In this document: piece after piece, positions 1-8,587 of the stretch
Layout: each line of letters starts with the position of its first letter
Numbering within the stretch: position 1 is the first letter of the stretch
From: an uncultured Acidobacteriota bacterium
Lineage (GTDB): Bacteria > Acidobacteriota > Blastocatellia > RBC074
Length of the DNA stretch: 64,000 nucleotides
NCBI GenBank assembly: GCA_963796275.1
Contig: CAWCKY010000007.1
Location: 672,001-736,000, forward strand
Direction: 5' to 3'
The notes under the pieces: generated by a model
What the model was told of the DNA's origin: nothing
What the model saw: the letters and a program-made list of their open reading frames with translations, nothing else
Databases searched by the model: none
Translations under genes and position numbers: made by a program

Positions 1-325
1 TGTCATAGTGCGCTCCCACGACGATAATTCCTTGTGCCTGGCCTTGTTTGCGCACAATAATATTTTCTACACCGTCGCGCTTTTCAGTTAAAACTTCTTC
101 GGCCTGAGCACTCATTTTACTGAATAAGGATTTAACGGCGTTCAACCGTTCGCGTTCTTCGCAAGGTACTTGAGCTATATCCTCCGCAATTTGCTCCTCG
201 GTGGAAATTACCAGATTATTGTTCTGACTAGCGGAAGAATTTAGTGTAAGAATAGAAGAAATTAGAGTAAGTATAAATGATAGACAAAAGACAATTACTA
301 AGCGTGGGTAGCGAGATAAACGCAT
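1..325 (-). CDS. M28-family aminopeptidase, N-terminal part (runs off window start)
   Basis: Manual translation from ATG 325 (RBS AGGAAGGAG upstream) gives a signal peptide, then ...ENIIVRKQGQAQGIIVVGAHYD, the M28 first metal-ligand motif. Not in the ORF track because it is truncated. Confidence 0.75.
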   Translation of the reverse strand, partial: MRLSRYPRLVIVFCLSFILTLISSILTLNSSASQNNNLVISTEEQIAEDIAQVPCEERERLNAVKSLFSKMSAQAEEVLTEKRDGVENIIVRKQGQAQGIIVVGAHYD

Positions 326-383
326 CTGGTTCTCCTTCCTGTAATATCTGTTGTAAATCAGAAGTAACAGTATTATTGCCGAA

Positions 384-472
384 ACCTAACGTCAGTGTTC
401 ACCGGGCAGCCGTGTGGTATTGGCTTTCAATAAAACAACGGCTCGGCGGCTCTTAAGAAACAACCGTTGGGG
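384..472 (+). other. degenerate attC-like imperfect palindrome
   Basis: ACCTAAC (RYYYAAC) at 384-390 and GTTGGGG at 466-472, with inner AGCCG/CGGCT arms. The right arm pairs poorly. Confidence 0.3.
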
Positions 473-535
473 ATTTGGGGGATCGCGTTCTAGCTTCGCT
501 AAGTTTTTCTTGCGTGTCAAAGCAAAGCATACTGC

Positions 536-1792
536 TCAACGAGCTCTGTACCGCCAGATTGTTTGCTCTCCTCCGATCAAGAATTCTTGAGGATTGTTAG
601 CAGATGCCTCTGGCAATACTGCAATTGATTTGCACTGCTCAGGCAGTACTTCCTGGTATATGATTTCGCCGGATGACTTGTAAATGTAAAGGACAGACCT
701 GTTAATTGCGGCAAACTCTGTGATGACTGCAAGATGTTCTGGTTCACCCTTCTTGAGTTTGACCCAAATCCCTTTTGCTTTGTAAACACTAGTACCTCTA
801 AGCTCCCCTACAGGTGTTTGGTATGGAGCAGTATCAAGTTCACTCAGAGGAGCTTTGAACTTAGCTACGACCTGACCTTTGAAATCGATTAGCCATACAT
901 ATCCATCCTCAACTACTAAGAGGCTAGCTTGCCTCTTGTCAGGCAGGATGCAGATGTCAAACTTCCCAAAGTAGCAGGGCGTCTTAACCTGCTTCGCAAT
1001 ATGGCCTTTTTCATCGCGAATTATTAGAGCTCCAATCCCGCTAGAGACAATTTCATTATCTCCGTCGCCATCCGTGTCAACAATTTCAATCTGTGACGCT
1101 CCGAATTTCGCCTCTTGCCGCCACTTCAATGCGCCGTATCTGTCAAATAATTCAACCCCATCCCAGGCAACGACAAATTCATCGATGCCGTCACCATCCA
1201 AATCTCCTGCCGCCATATCATCAATTGAAGTTTTTTCTTTGGTGAACTTACCGTATGCCCAGAGCCGTTTACCTTGATTATCAAAGACCGCTGCGCCATC
1301 AATACTTCCGCGTGCCAAATATTCAAAAACGTGATCGCCTTCTAAGTCGATAATCTGCATATCACCCAACGAAGTGTTGGGTATCGTTGTGTCGAATATG
1401 CCTATTTTCTCTTTCTGAGTTTCAAACTGATAACGCACGTGCGTGCTATTCGCTCCGTTTTGATCGACAGTGAGTGCGCCGTAATTTCCTGCAATAATAA
1501 TCTCGATGATTGAATCTTGATCGGGCTTGTAAATAGCAAGATCACTGATGGAACCGATGCTCTTGCCAGCCGCAGCAAAGACAGATTTAGGGAGTATAAG
1601 GAATTGGGTTCGAGCTAGGAAATCGTTGCCAGTAACGATTCTAGGCTCACGTAATTCAGTTGGCGTTTCTGATCGATATGCAAAGAATGGTCGAATAAAT
1701 CTTGAGTAGAAGAGCCATCCGACCACAACAACTAGCACGATGAATACTACAGATGCAGAGGAGCATCCGATTATTAACTTATTATGTTTCAT
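536..1792 (-). CDS. membrane-anchored protein with FG-GAP/VCBS-like Ca-binding repeats (beta-propeller-like)
   Basis: N-terminal TM helix; repeated DLEGD, DLDGDGIDE and DTDGDGDNE motifs. Confidence 0.65.
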   Translation of the reverse strand: MKHNKLIIGCSSASVVFIVLVVVVGWLFYSRFIRPFFAYRSETPTELREPRIVTGNDFLARTQFLILPKSVFAAAGKSIGSISDLAIYKPDQDSIIEIIIAGNYGALTVDQNGANSTHVRYQFETQKEKIGIFDTTIPNTSLGDMQIIDLEGDHVFEYLARGSIDGAAVFDNQGKRLWAYGKFTKEKTSIDDMAAGDLDGDGIDEFVVAWDGVELFDRYGALKWRQEAKFGASQIEIVDTDGDGDNEIVSSGIGALIIRDEKGHIAKQVKTPCYFGKFDICILPDKRQASLLVVEDGYVWLIDFKGQVVAKFKAPLSELDTAPYQTPVGELRGTSVYKAKGIWVKLKKGEPEHLAVITEFAAINRSVLYIYKSSGEIIYQEVLPEQCKSIAVLPEASANNPQEFLIGGEQTIWRYRAR

Positions 1793-1904
1793 GATCTACC
1801 TTTTGAGCTGTTAGCGTTGGCAGACAGTGAAGGACAACGGACTCGTTAACATGATAATAAGCGCATCCGTCGGTTTATAGTTGCTTTCCACGACTCACTC
1901 TAGA

Positions 1905-2450
1905 TCAACTCACAAACGTTCTTCCAACTCTTTTTGATATCAAAAAATATGGCATCCAAACATGGAGACATACAAACTTCAGAATTAGCATTTCCCCTTG
2001 CTTGGCGTATTCTTCACTTTCAGCGATAGCAGGGATGGCCCCTGATAAAAAATAGCCCGTAAGAATAATGACGAAAATTAACGGTATCGAAACAGCAGTC
2101 AATTTAGGGAAGACTCTTTTCTTCTTGAAGAAGAGCCAGAGCATAGCTACATTCATGACCAGAATCAGCGAACTTGTCACTACATCGTAAATTAGAACAG
2201 ACTTCCAATATTGGTGATAAGCAGTCGATTCAGGGTTGGTCAAGCGCTCCCAGAGCGGTGTTTTGACTATTGGAGCGATGGAGGTCAGAGAATAAGTTAA
2301 ATTTTGGATCAGGCTGATGAACATGCCAATCATGACGAAGACCAACAAGCCGCCGATTCGCGGAGGCTTCCCTTCGCCCACAGTTTTTTGTGATTGATTA
2401 AGACTGACCTTCTCTTCTGACGAAATCAAGTTCGAAGATTCAGTTTTCAT
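1905..2450 (-). CDS. DUF2569-like membrane protein
   Basis: IGGLL near the N-terminus, 4 TM segments, FFKKKRVFP and C-terminal WMPYFLISKRVGRTF. Start taken at MKTES. Confidence 0.7.
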   Translation of the reverse strand: MKTESSNLISSEEKVSLNQSQKTVGEGKPPRIGGLLVFVMIGMFISLIQNLTYSLTSIAPIVKTPLWERLTNPESTAYHQYWKSVLIYDVVTSSLILVMNVAMLWLFFKKKRVFPKLTAVSIPLIFVIILTGYFLSGAIPAIAESEEYAKQGEMLILKFVCLHVWMPYFLISKRVGRTFVS

Positions 2451-2614
2451 AGAATTTTCATTACCACATCGAAACAACAAACATCGAGTTATCTAGCTGT
2501 GTGAAAGTGAGGTTCGACGGCGATAGAATGTATAATCTAATGCGATATCAGCGGCGACCCTGGGCATTTGATGATAAGAAGCCTGCCGGGTGCGCGTCCG
2601 TTTCGTTCATAATT

Positions 2615-3436
2615 CTACGAGCTTTCGCAAAACGCTCGCAGACGTTGGTTGAAAGTTACCGGGTTATCCCAGAAGGGGCCGTGCCCGGCATTCGCAATAA
2701 GATCAATTTGAGCGTGACCTATGCCTGCCTTGTGTTGCTCGATGACGAATGGTCTGACAATCGCGTCCTCTTCGCCATGCGTAACGAGGACAGGCTTGCG
2801 AATCTTCGGTAGAAGGTCGTCATTATCGAACGAGCGGGAAAACATCGCCTGACGGACAGAGGGCGGGACTGATAAATTGTATCCAAGCATCAGGTACAGT
2901 TCCTCGGCCGAGGGCTCCTGGGTGAAGCACAAGCGTAGGAACGACTCAAAACTGCGTACGCTCTCTTCTACATTCGTGGCAAATAAACCTGGTATGACGC
3001 TGAGAAACTCAGGAGTGAGAACCGACAAGGCCTCATCACTGCCAAGCTTCGTGACGGCACCGACAAAATTGACACCGCTGATGCTATCTTCGCCGTAATG
3101 TCTGATATAGTCGAGGATCACGAGTGGCCCATATGACCAACCACAGAGGATCGGATGATCAAGTCCCAGAGCATGTATGGCCGCGTTGACGTCATCGGCC
3201 CATAATCTCGAGTCGGCATAGCCCTCGCCAGGCTTATCCGAAAGACCATGACCGCGCATATCCATCGCGACAAGCCGGTAGTCATCCGCCAGGTCAGAGT
3301 TCATCTGCCGGCTCCAGGTTAACCAACACTGCGAAATGCCATGGATGAATACAATTGGGCGACCCCTTGAGTTGCCCGTCTCAACAAGATGGAGCTGGAT
3401 GCCTCCACCGCCTTTGATCTTATGACTCTTCATCAT
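2615..3436 (-). CDS. alpha/beta fold hydrolase (non-heme haloperoxidase/arylesterase-like)
   Basis: FIHG oxyanion motif, DMRGHGLS, GWSYG nucleophile elbow, GEEDAIV acid and AGHGP catalytic His. Confidence 0.9.
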   Translation of the reverse strand: MMKSHKIKGGGGIQLHLVETGNSRGRPIVFIHGISQCWLTWSRQMNSDLADDYRLVAMDMRGHGLSDKPGEGYADSRLWADDVNAAIHALGLDHPILCGWSYGPLVILDYIRHYGEDSISGVNFVGAVTKLGSDEALSVLTPEFLSVIPGLFATNVEESVRSFESFLRLCFTQEPSAEELYLMLGYNLSVPPSVRQAMFSRSFDNDDLLPKIRKPVLVTHGEEDAIVRPFVIEQHKAGIGHAQIDLIANAGHGPFWDNPVTFNQRLRAFCESS

Positions 3437-3443
3437 CTAAACC

Positions 3444-4076
3444 TCAAAAGGATACTCCCTCCATAGCAGCCATCTTGGGCGGCTTGGATGGGGAGGAATT
3501 TTGAGATCGTGCTCCGGCACGATTAATTCTGTAGCCGTCCGCCTTCTGCAAAACCCGGCAGTATCGATGGCTGATCCCCTGGATATTGCCCGCCGCGGTC
3601 TTTACATTGAATGAGCCGCTGCTACGTACCGCGACTCGCCCTACATAACAGCCGATCTTTTTGCCGGATCTAACAATTGCTTTGACCATATCTCCGGTTC
3701 TGAAGCCTTTGATCGTACGTGGGCCTTTGGCTGATGTGCGTGGAAATCCGTACTTGTCCATCCGGCACATCTGTCGGGTGTTATGCCCTGTCGCCTTGAT
3801 CTCCAATGGGATAACTCCGTCGACAAAGACCTGTGCGGGCGTCGACTTCCCGACGCAGGCCGCGTCGATCCATATCGCCACTCCGGTCTTTCTGGATCCT
3901 GGATCCAGCTTGAGCCGAAGATCCGGTACTTGCTCCTCAACCACTCGCTTGAGGATGATCGCCAATGGCGCTCTCCTGAAGACTGCGGCCTTGCCTTTCT
4001 TTAGCAGGAGTCTGGCTCGTACCGCTGAAGTCGGCGCCAGAGGTCTTCTGTTTTGATCGATGACTGCTACTTGCAT
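3444..4076 (-). CDS. iscB: internally deleted IscB: PLMP/RRXRR N-terminus and RuvC-I fused to RuvC-III and the C-terminal domain
   Basis: VIDQNRRPLAPT..RARLLLKKGKAAVFRR, LKLDPGSRKTGVAI joined directly to WIDAACVG, then GHNTRQMCRMDKYGFP, GFRTGDMVKA, YVGRVAVRSSGSF and DGY. No Arg-rich bridge helix, RuvC-II or HNH. Confidence 0.85.
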   Translation of the reverse strand: MQVAVIDQNRRPLAPTSAVRARLLLKKGKAAVFRRAPLAIILKRVVEEQVPDLRLKLDPGSRKTGVAIWIDAACVGKSTPAQVFVDGVIPLEIKATGHNTRQMCRMDKYGFPRTSAKGPRTIKGFRTGDMVKAIVRSGKKIGCYVGRVAVRSSGSFNVKTAAGNIQGISHRYCRVLQKADGYRINRAGARSQNSSPSKPPKMAAMEGVSF

Positions 4077-4084
4077 TGTGAGAA

Positions 4085-4368
4085 TGGCCCTTTCGAGCCG
4101 CTGGCATTGCTGCCGTTAAGTTAGCCTCGACAATGATGCTTGAGCTTATTAGTTCAACGCACTGGCGATGACCCGTAACCGCCGTTTAACGCTGAACGAC
4201 AGTTGCCACGGACTGGCTATCGCATCCGTGGGTGTCTCGGTTTAAACCTAACTCAAACATCGTAGCCGCATGCCTTTCGGCTATCGCTTAGTCTGGTCAA
4301 CCAGGCTCATCGGTGACCCGACAAGCCCCCACTATAGTTGCAAAGCAACTTAGTGGCGGGTGGGTGAC
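4085..4368 (-). ncRNA. omegaRNA / HEARO RNA scaffold
   Basis: The minus strand carries the characteristic blocks in order: GTCA...GGGGCTTG...GTTGACCAGACTAAG...CTACG...ACACC..GGATGC..GCCAGTCC...TTAAAC...CAGTG...CATTGTCGAGG, directly upstream of iscB. The 3' end is approximate. Confidence 0.85.
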
Positions 4369-4382
4369 CACCTTTTGCTGCC

Positions 4383-4745
4383 TCAGTATGAACTGTCCAA
4401 TATCTTCTTCGTATCTGGCTGTATTAATACCCAGATAGTATATATCCCTAATGCCGTTCCAAACGGAAAGTTCAGTAGGTTCAAACATCCTAGGATCAAT
4501 ACCAGAATCCTCGCCCAAGATATCCTTTTCAGCAGCGCTAAACCTCCAATTAAGCCAGGAGCTGCGATTACAAGCAGGAATAATGCAACCAGAATACCGA
4601 CACTCGTTGTTATCAAGATTGCTTCTGCATCTCCCGACAATAGCCCTCCGCCGACTATGGCTAGAAAGACTGCTACTGCCCCCAGCAGGGCTAATGCACT
4701 ATTGGCGATGTGTAATGCGCCGAGGATGGTGATGTGTTTTTGCAT
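4383..4745 (-). CDS. small integral membrane protein
   Basis: 120 aa, about 4 hydrophobic helices, WARIL and FPFGTALGIYTIWVL motifs. Confidence 0.7.
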   Translation of the reverse strand: MQKHITILGALHIANSALALLGAVAVFLAIVGGGLLSGDAEAILITTSVGILVALFLLVIAAPGLIGGLALLKRISWARILVLILGCLNLLNFPFGTALGIYTIWVLIQPDTKKILDSSY

Positions 4746-4940
4746 ATTGATTAAGACTGCGATCAGGTTGACCGGGATGCGGCGAGCAAGCCGATTTCAT
4801 GCGGGCTTTTGTGTTGCGCGCCGCCGATTTCGTTGCAACATAGCAACTCTGAAATAACGAAGAAAAACGGTTACTTTTCTTGATCGTATACCCGCACCTT
4901 CCATCAGAAGACTATAACTGGTTGAGACCAGTGCCTCCAG

Positions 4941-5390
4941 CTATATCAGAACGCTCCGCTTATCCATTGCGCGTGCATAGAGATACAGTCCCAGTGCGAA
5001 AAGGAATATGACGGCGGTAAAGCCCAGAGAGAAGGCATCTCCAACTACCTCCATTCCATTTGAGATAAGATAGTTGTGGAATGTTGTAACTACCATAGCC
5101 AGGAGCGAGGCAAGGAAAACCCACACTGCGAGACGTCTCCGGAATAGCAGAAGCAGAGCGCCAATAACTCCGCCCCAAACGGCGATGGCCCATAGTGCAA
5201 CCACCCAGGTCGGAAAGCCATTGAAGAACGTGAGTTGATCGGCGGTAAAGTTGCTCATATACGTTTCATTTTTCGTCTGTGTCATGACGTAATCCATTGC
5301 ACCCATGGCGCTCCATAAGAGTGCGAGAATGCCGATCACCCACAGATGCCAGGGCGTGCGAGTGTTTTTTGTCGCCTGCGAGTCAGTCAT
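4941..5390 (-). CDS. 4-TM membrane protein of unknown function
   Basis: RBS GGAGG before ATG 5390; PWHLWVIG..LLWSAMGAMDY and AIAVWGG motifs. Confidence 0.7.
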   Translation of the reverse strand: MTDSQATKNTRTPWHLWVIGILALLWSAMGAMDYVMTQTKNETYMSNFTADQLTFFNGFPTWVVALWAIAVWGGVIGALLLLFRRRLAVWVFLASLLAMVVTTFHNYLISNGMEVVGDAFSLGFTAVIFLFALGLYLYARAMDKRSVLI

Positions 5391-5404
5391 AACTTCCTCC
5401 AAAT

Positions 5405-5760
5405 GTTAGCTATATGCCACCCCGCCGGGGCTGGGAAGCTTTCTGTGAGCTCGAAGCGATAAACATTCCGACCCGCTTGGGTGGAACTCTGATCCGGCGG
5501 GATCAATTAAATTCAGTTGTGGTCCTTCCTCCTGGCTGATGACAACTAATTTGAAGAGCGTGCAAAATAAAAGATCATTGAATCAATGTTATCGTTCCTG
5601 AGCACCAGAGGCGCGGGATGTTTATAGAACTCGTTTTCCCACATTTCACAAGCTCCTGAGCTGAGGAGCGACATATGAATGCCTGTATGCCGCTTCTCCG
5701 AAGCTTGTAAGACTTGGGTAATCGAATGCTATATACATCGGGCTCCTCCGGAGCCAATCA
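5405..5760. repeat. REP-like palindromic elements
   Basis: GCCACCCCGCCGGGGCT, ATGTTTATAG...GCTCCT..GAGGAGCGACAT...ATGCCGCTTCTCCGAAGCT...CTATATACAT..GGCTCCTCCGGAGCC: degenerate GC-rich palindromes in inverted arrangement. Confidence 0.5.
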
Positions 5761-5969
5761 GAAACTGTTGATAATAAGCAGCTTTAATTTGCACACTCCC
5801 CAACTAATATAAGGAAACCTTCTCCAAGCCAAACTCCCGACCAGGTTCGATTGTATTGAGACTGCAGCGCCCGAGTCTAACTACCTGATGAACTTATGTC
5901 CAGCGAATCAGTGTTATCGAACTGAAATATTGTGTGGTAATCATTAGTTCAGCCTCGAAACCGATATCA

Positions 5970-7226
5970 TTATTCATATCGGAGAGATTCTATCGGGTCA
6001 GTCCTGGACGCGCGCATAGCCGGCCATAAACCGCTGAGAACTCCGACGAGCATCAAAATACTGGTTGCAGTCAATATCACATCGCCTGATAGTATGAGGT
6101 AGATATCGGTCTGTCTCGTCGGGTCCTCGAGCAACTCGGCTAGGAAGGGACGATGGCCAGCAAAAGTAACCAAAAGGTACGACAGGATGATTCCGAGCAG
6201 CCCTCCGATGAATGTGATGACGAGTGCTTCAAGGAGGAACTGAAGAAGGATGTGGCGGCGTTTGGCCCCGAGCGCCTTACGAACGCCTATCTCGCGGGTC
6301 CGCTCGGTGACGCTCACGAGCATAATATTCATTACGCCGATTCCGCCGATCATCAGCGTCAATGCGCCGATAATGCTGAGGATGATCTTCAAACCGCCCG
6401 TGATGCCGTTGATGACTTTGGCGTTCTCGACCGAATCGTTGAAGACCAATGCCCGCTCATCTTTCGGATTGAAATCGTGACGGGAACCCAGGACATCGCG
6501 AACCTGCTTGAGCGCCTGGTTGTGAGTCATAATGCTCAAAGTCTGAAAGACCAGGTTGTCGAGGTAATCCTGACTCCAGACATGCTTAACTGTGGTATAT
6601 GGGATGAATACCGAGTATTTGTCCGGCGAATAGTAATTTGAAAAACTGACCTTCTGAGTTAATACCCCGATAACTTCAAATGACAGGCCGTTGACTCGAA
6701 TAGTCTCTCCGACTGCCGGCCTGTTACCGTATAATTTGCGCGCAACCTCGGAGCCGAGAAAGATCACGCGCCGCTCCTTCTCTGTATCCTCGGCATTGAT
6801 GAACCGGCCGAACTCGGCGACTTCACTGCGCATAATTGCATACTCGGGCGCAACGCCGCGTACCGCGGAGCTCGTTTGCCGCGTCCCATAAACCAGCGGC
6901 AGCCATTCGACGTACTCAGGACTGGCATATTTGATCGCCCCGAGTTGGCGTATGGCATCGACGTCTTCTTCTTTCATGCGAATGCGTTTGCCCGCTCGTT
7001 CGCCGCCCGCCTGCATGCTGGTCTGTCCGTTCCAGACCACTACCGTCCCGCTGCTGAAAGCGCGGCGGAACCCGACCATAATCGCATCGTGAAAACCATT
7101 GCCGTACGCCATTAGCAAAACGACGGCGACGATACCCCACGCGATGCCGGTCATGGTCATGACGGCGCGAATGCGATGGCCTATGAGAGAGCTGATCGCT
7201 TGAAAGAAGACTTCTTTGAGAATCAT
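5970..7226 (-). CDS. MacB/FtsX-family ABC transporter permease
   Basis: [28 protein letters not shown] and C-terminal DPIESLRYE. Confidence 0.93.
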   Translation of the reverse strand: MILKEVFFQAISSLIGHRIRAVMTMTGIAWGIVAVVLLMAYGNGFHDAIMVGFRRAFSSGTVVVWNGQTSMQAGGERAGKRIRMKEEDVDAIRQLGAIKYASPEYVEWLPLVYGTRQTSSAVRGVAPEYAIMRSEVAEFGRFINAEDTEKERRVIFLGSEVARKLYGNRPAVGETIRVNGLSFEVIGVLTQKVSFSNYYSPDKYSVFIPYTTVKHVWSQDYLDNLVFQTLSIMTHNQALKQVRDVLGSRHDFNPKDERALVFNDSVENAKVINGITGGLKIILSIIGALTLMIGGIGVMNIMLVSVTERTREIGVRKALGAKRRHILLQFLLEALVITFIGGLLGIILSYLLVTFAGHRPFLAELLEDPTRQTDIYLILSGDVILTATSILMLVGVLSGLWPAMRASRTDPIESLRYE

Positions 7227-7280
7227 ATTATCGCGTTCAGTTATCAGCTACCGATCGCGTTCATTCGGCTGACAACTGTT

Positions 7281-8582
7281 TTATACCTCATAACGCAACG
7301 CCTCGATCGGCGGCATCTCAGCCGCGCGTCTGGCCGGATACATCGCAGCAGCGATACCGATTAAAGCCAGCATGAGGATTGAGAAAGCCGACGTTTGCCA
7401 CGTAATAATCATCCCAGCAAAGCGGGCGGGTAGCGGGAGAAGATTGATCAGGCGGCATAAGCCTATACCGATGCCCAGACCGATCGTCCCGCTCAATAAT
7501 GTCAGTAACAATCCTTCACTGAAAAACTGCTTTAGAACATTACGCGAGGTCGCGCCGAGAGCCTTGCGAATACCTATTTCTCTGGTTCGCTCCTTAACCG
7601 AGATCAACATGATATTCATGACGCCGATCCCGCCGAGCGCGAGCGTGATGATGCTCACGACGATAAAGAACTCCCGCATGCTCGATATCATCTTGTTGAA
7701 AAAGACTGTTTCGAGTGCCGTGTTCCACATCGAGAGCGCCTCCCGGTCCTTCGGATTGAACGCGTGGCGCGGCGCGATGATCGAGAGCACCTCCTGCTCG
7801 ACCGGACCTATCTTCTCGAAATTGATCTTGCCTTCGCGTTCGACGATGCGGTTCAGCTCATCAGCGACGTTATCGTAAGGTGCGGCGATGATCGCCGAGA
7901 GCGAGTCCGAATTGTTATTCTCTCCCGGGATCGGAAAATCTTTGCGCATCGTTTCGTAAGGAACGAAGAGGCGATTGTTGTCGGGGCCCGTATAGTTCGA
8001 ATCCTGCTCTTTTTTGCGGACGCGCCCGATGACTGTATAGGGTAAGCCGTTCAGCATGAGTTGATGGCCCACCGGATCGCGTTCGGCGAAGAGTTGTTTG
8101 CTCATCTCAAAGCCTATTACCACGACGCGGCGCTCTTCCCGGCAATCCTGTTCATTGATTAAACGTCCACGATCGATTTCGATGGTGCGGATGTATTGAT
8201 AGACTGGCCAGACGCCGCTCATCTGCGTAGAGCTGGCGTTGAACACGCTCTTCGCATTCACGCCGCCGCGCATCAATTCGGGCGTTGTGTGTTCGAGCAG
8301 CCGTGCTTTTGCGTTGAGGGCGTGCACGTCATTGATCTCCAGGCGGATGAGTTTTCCGGAACGCTCACCTCCCGCCTGCATTGTAGTGCGCCCATTTCGG
8401 ATGATGATGATGTTCTTGCCCAGTTCGCGCAGGACATGTAGATTGCCCTGTTGAAACCCCTCGCTAACGGCCGAAAGCAGAAGGATGGAGATTACGCCCC
8501 AGACGATCCCGAACATCGTCAGGAAGCTGCGCAGCTTGTGCGCCATCAGATTCGACCAGGTTTGCTCCAGCAATTCCTTCAT
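7281..8582 (-). CDS. MacB/FtsX-family ABC transporter permease (second paralog)
   Basis: [40 protein letters not shown] and PIEALRYE. Confidence 0.93.
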   Translation of the reverse strand: MKELLEQTWSNLMAHKLRSFLTMFGIVWGVISILLLSAVSEGFQQGNLHVLRELGKNIIIIRNGRTTMQAGGERSGKLIRLEINDVHALNAKARLLEHTTPELMRGGVNAKSVFNASSTQMSGVWPVYQYIRTIEIDRGRLINEQDCREERRVVVIGFEMSKQLFAERDPVGHQLMLNGLPYTVIGRVRKKEQDSNYTGPDNNRLFVPYETMRKDFPIPGENNNSDSLSAIIAAPYDNVADELNRIVEREGKINFEKIGPVEQEVLSIIAPRHAFNPKDREALSMWNTALETVFFNKMISSMREFFIVVSIITLALGGIGVMNIMLISVKERTREIGIRKALGATSRNVLKQFFSEGLLLTLLSGTIGLGIGIGLCRLINLLPLPARFAGMIITWQTSAFSILMLALIGIAAAMYPARRAAEMPPIEALRYEV

Positions 8583-8587
8583 AAATG

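Larger units (their letters stand above)
3437..4368 (-). mobile_element. IS200/IS605-superfamily IscB (OMEGA/HEARO) element, non-autonomous (no tnpA, deleted iscB)
   Basis: On the minus strand it begins GTCACCCACCCGCCACTA...TAGTGGGGGCTTG, then omegaRNA, then iscB. It ends in the hairpin TTCCTCCCCAT...ATGGAGGGAGTATCC, followed at once by ATGA (3436-3433). Confidence 0.8.

Noticed and set aside
3444-4076. Active IscB, IsrB or Cas9-like nuclease
   Set aside because: The RuvC-II Glu region, bridge helix and HNH are absent, so no complete active site can form
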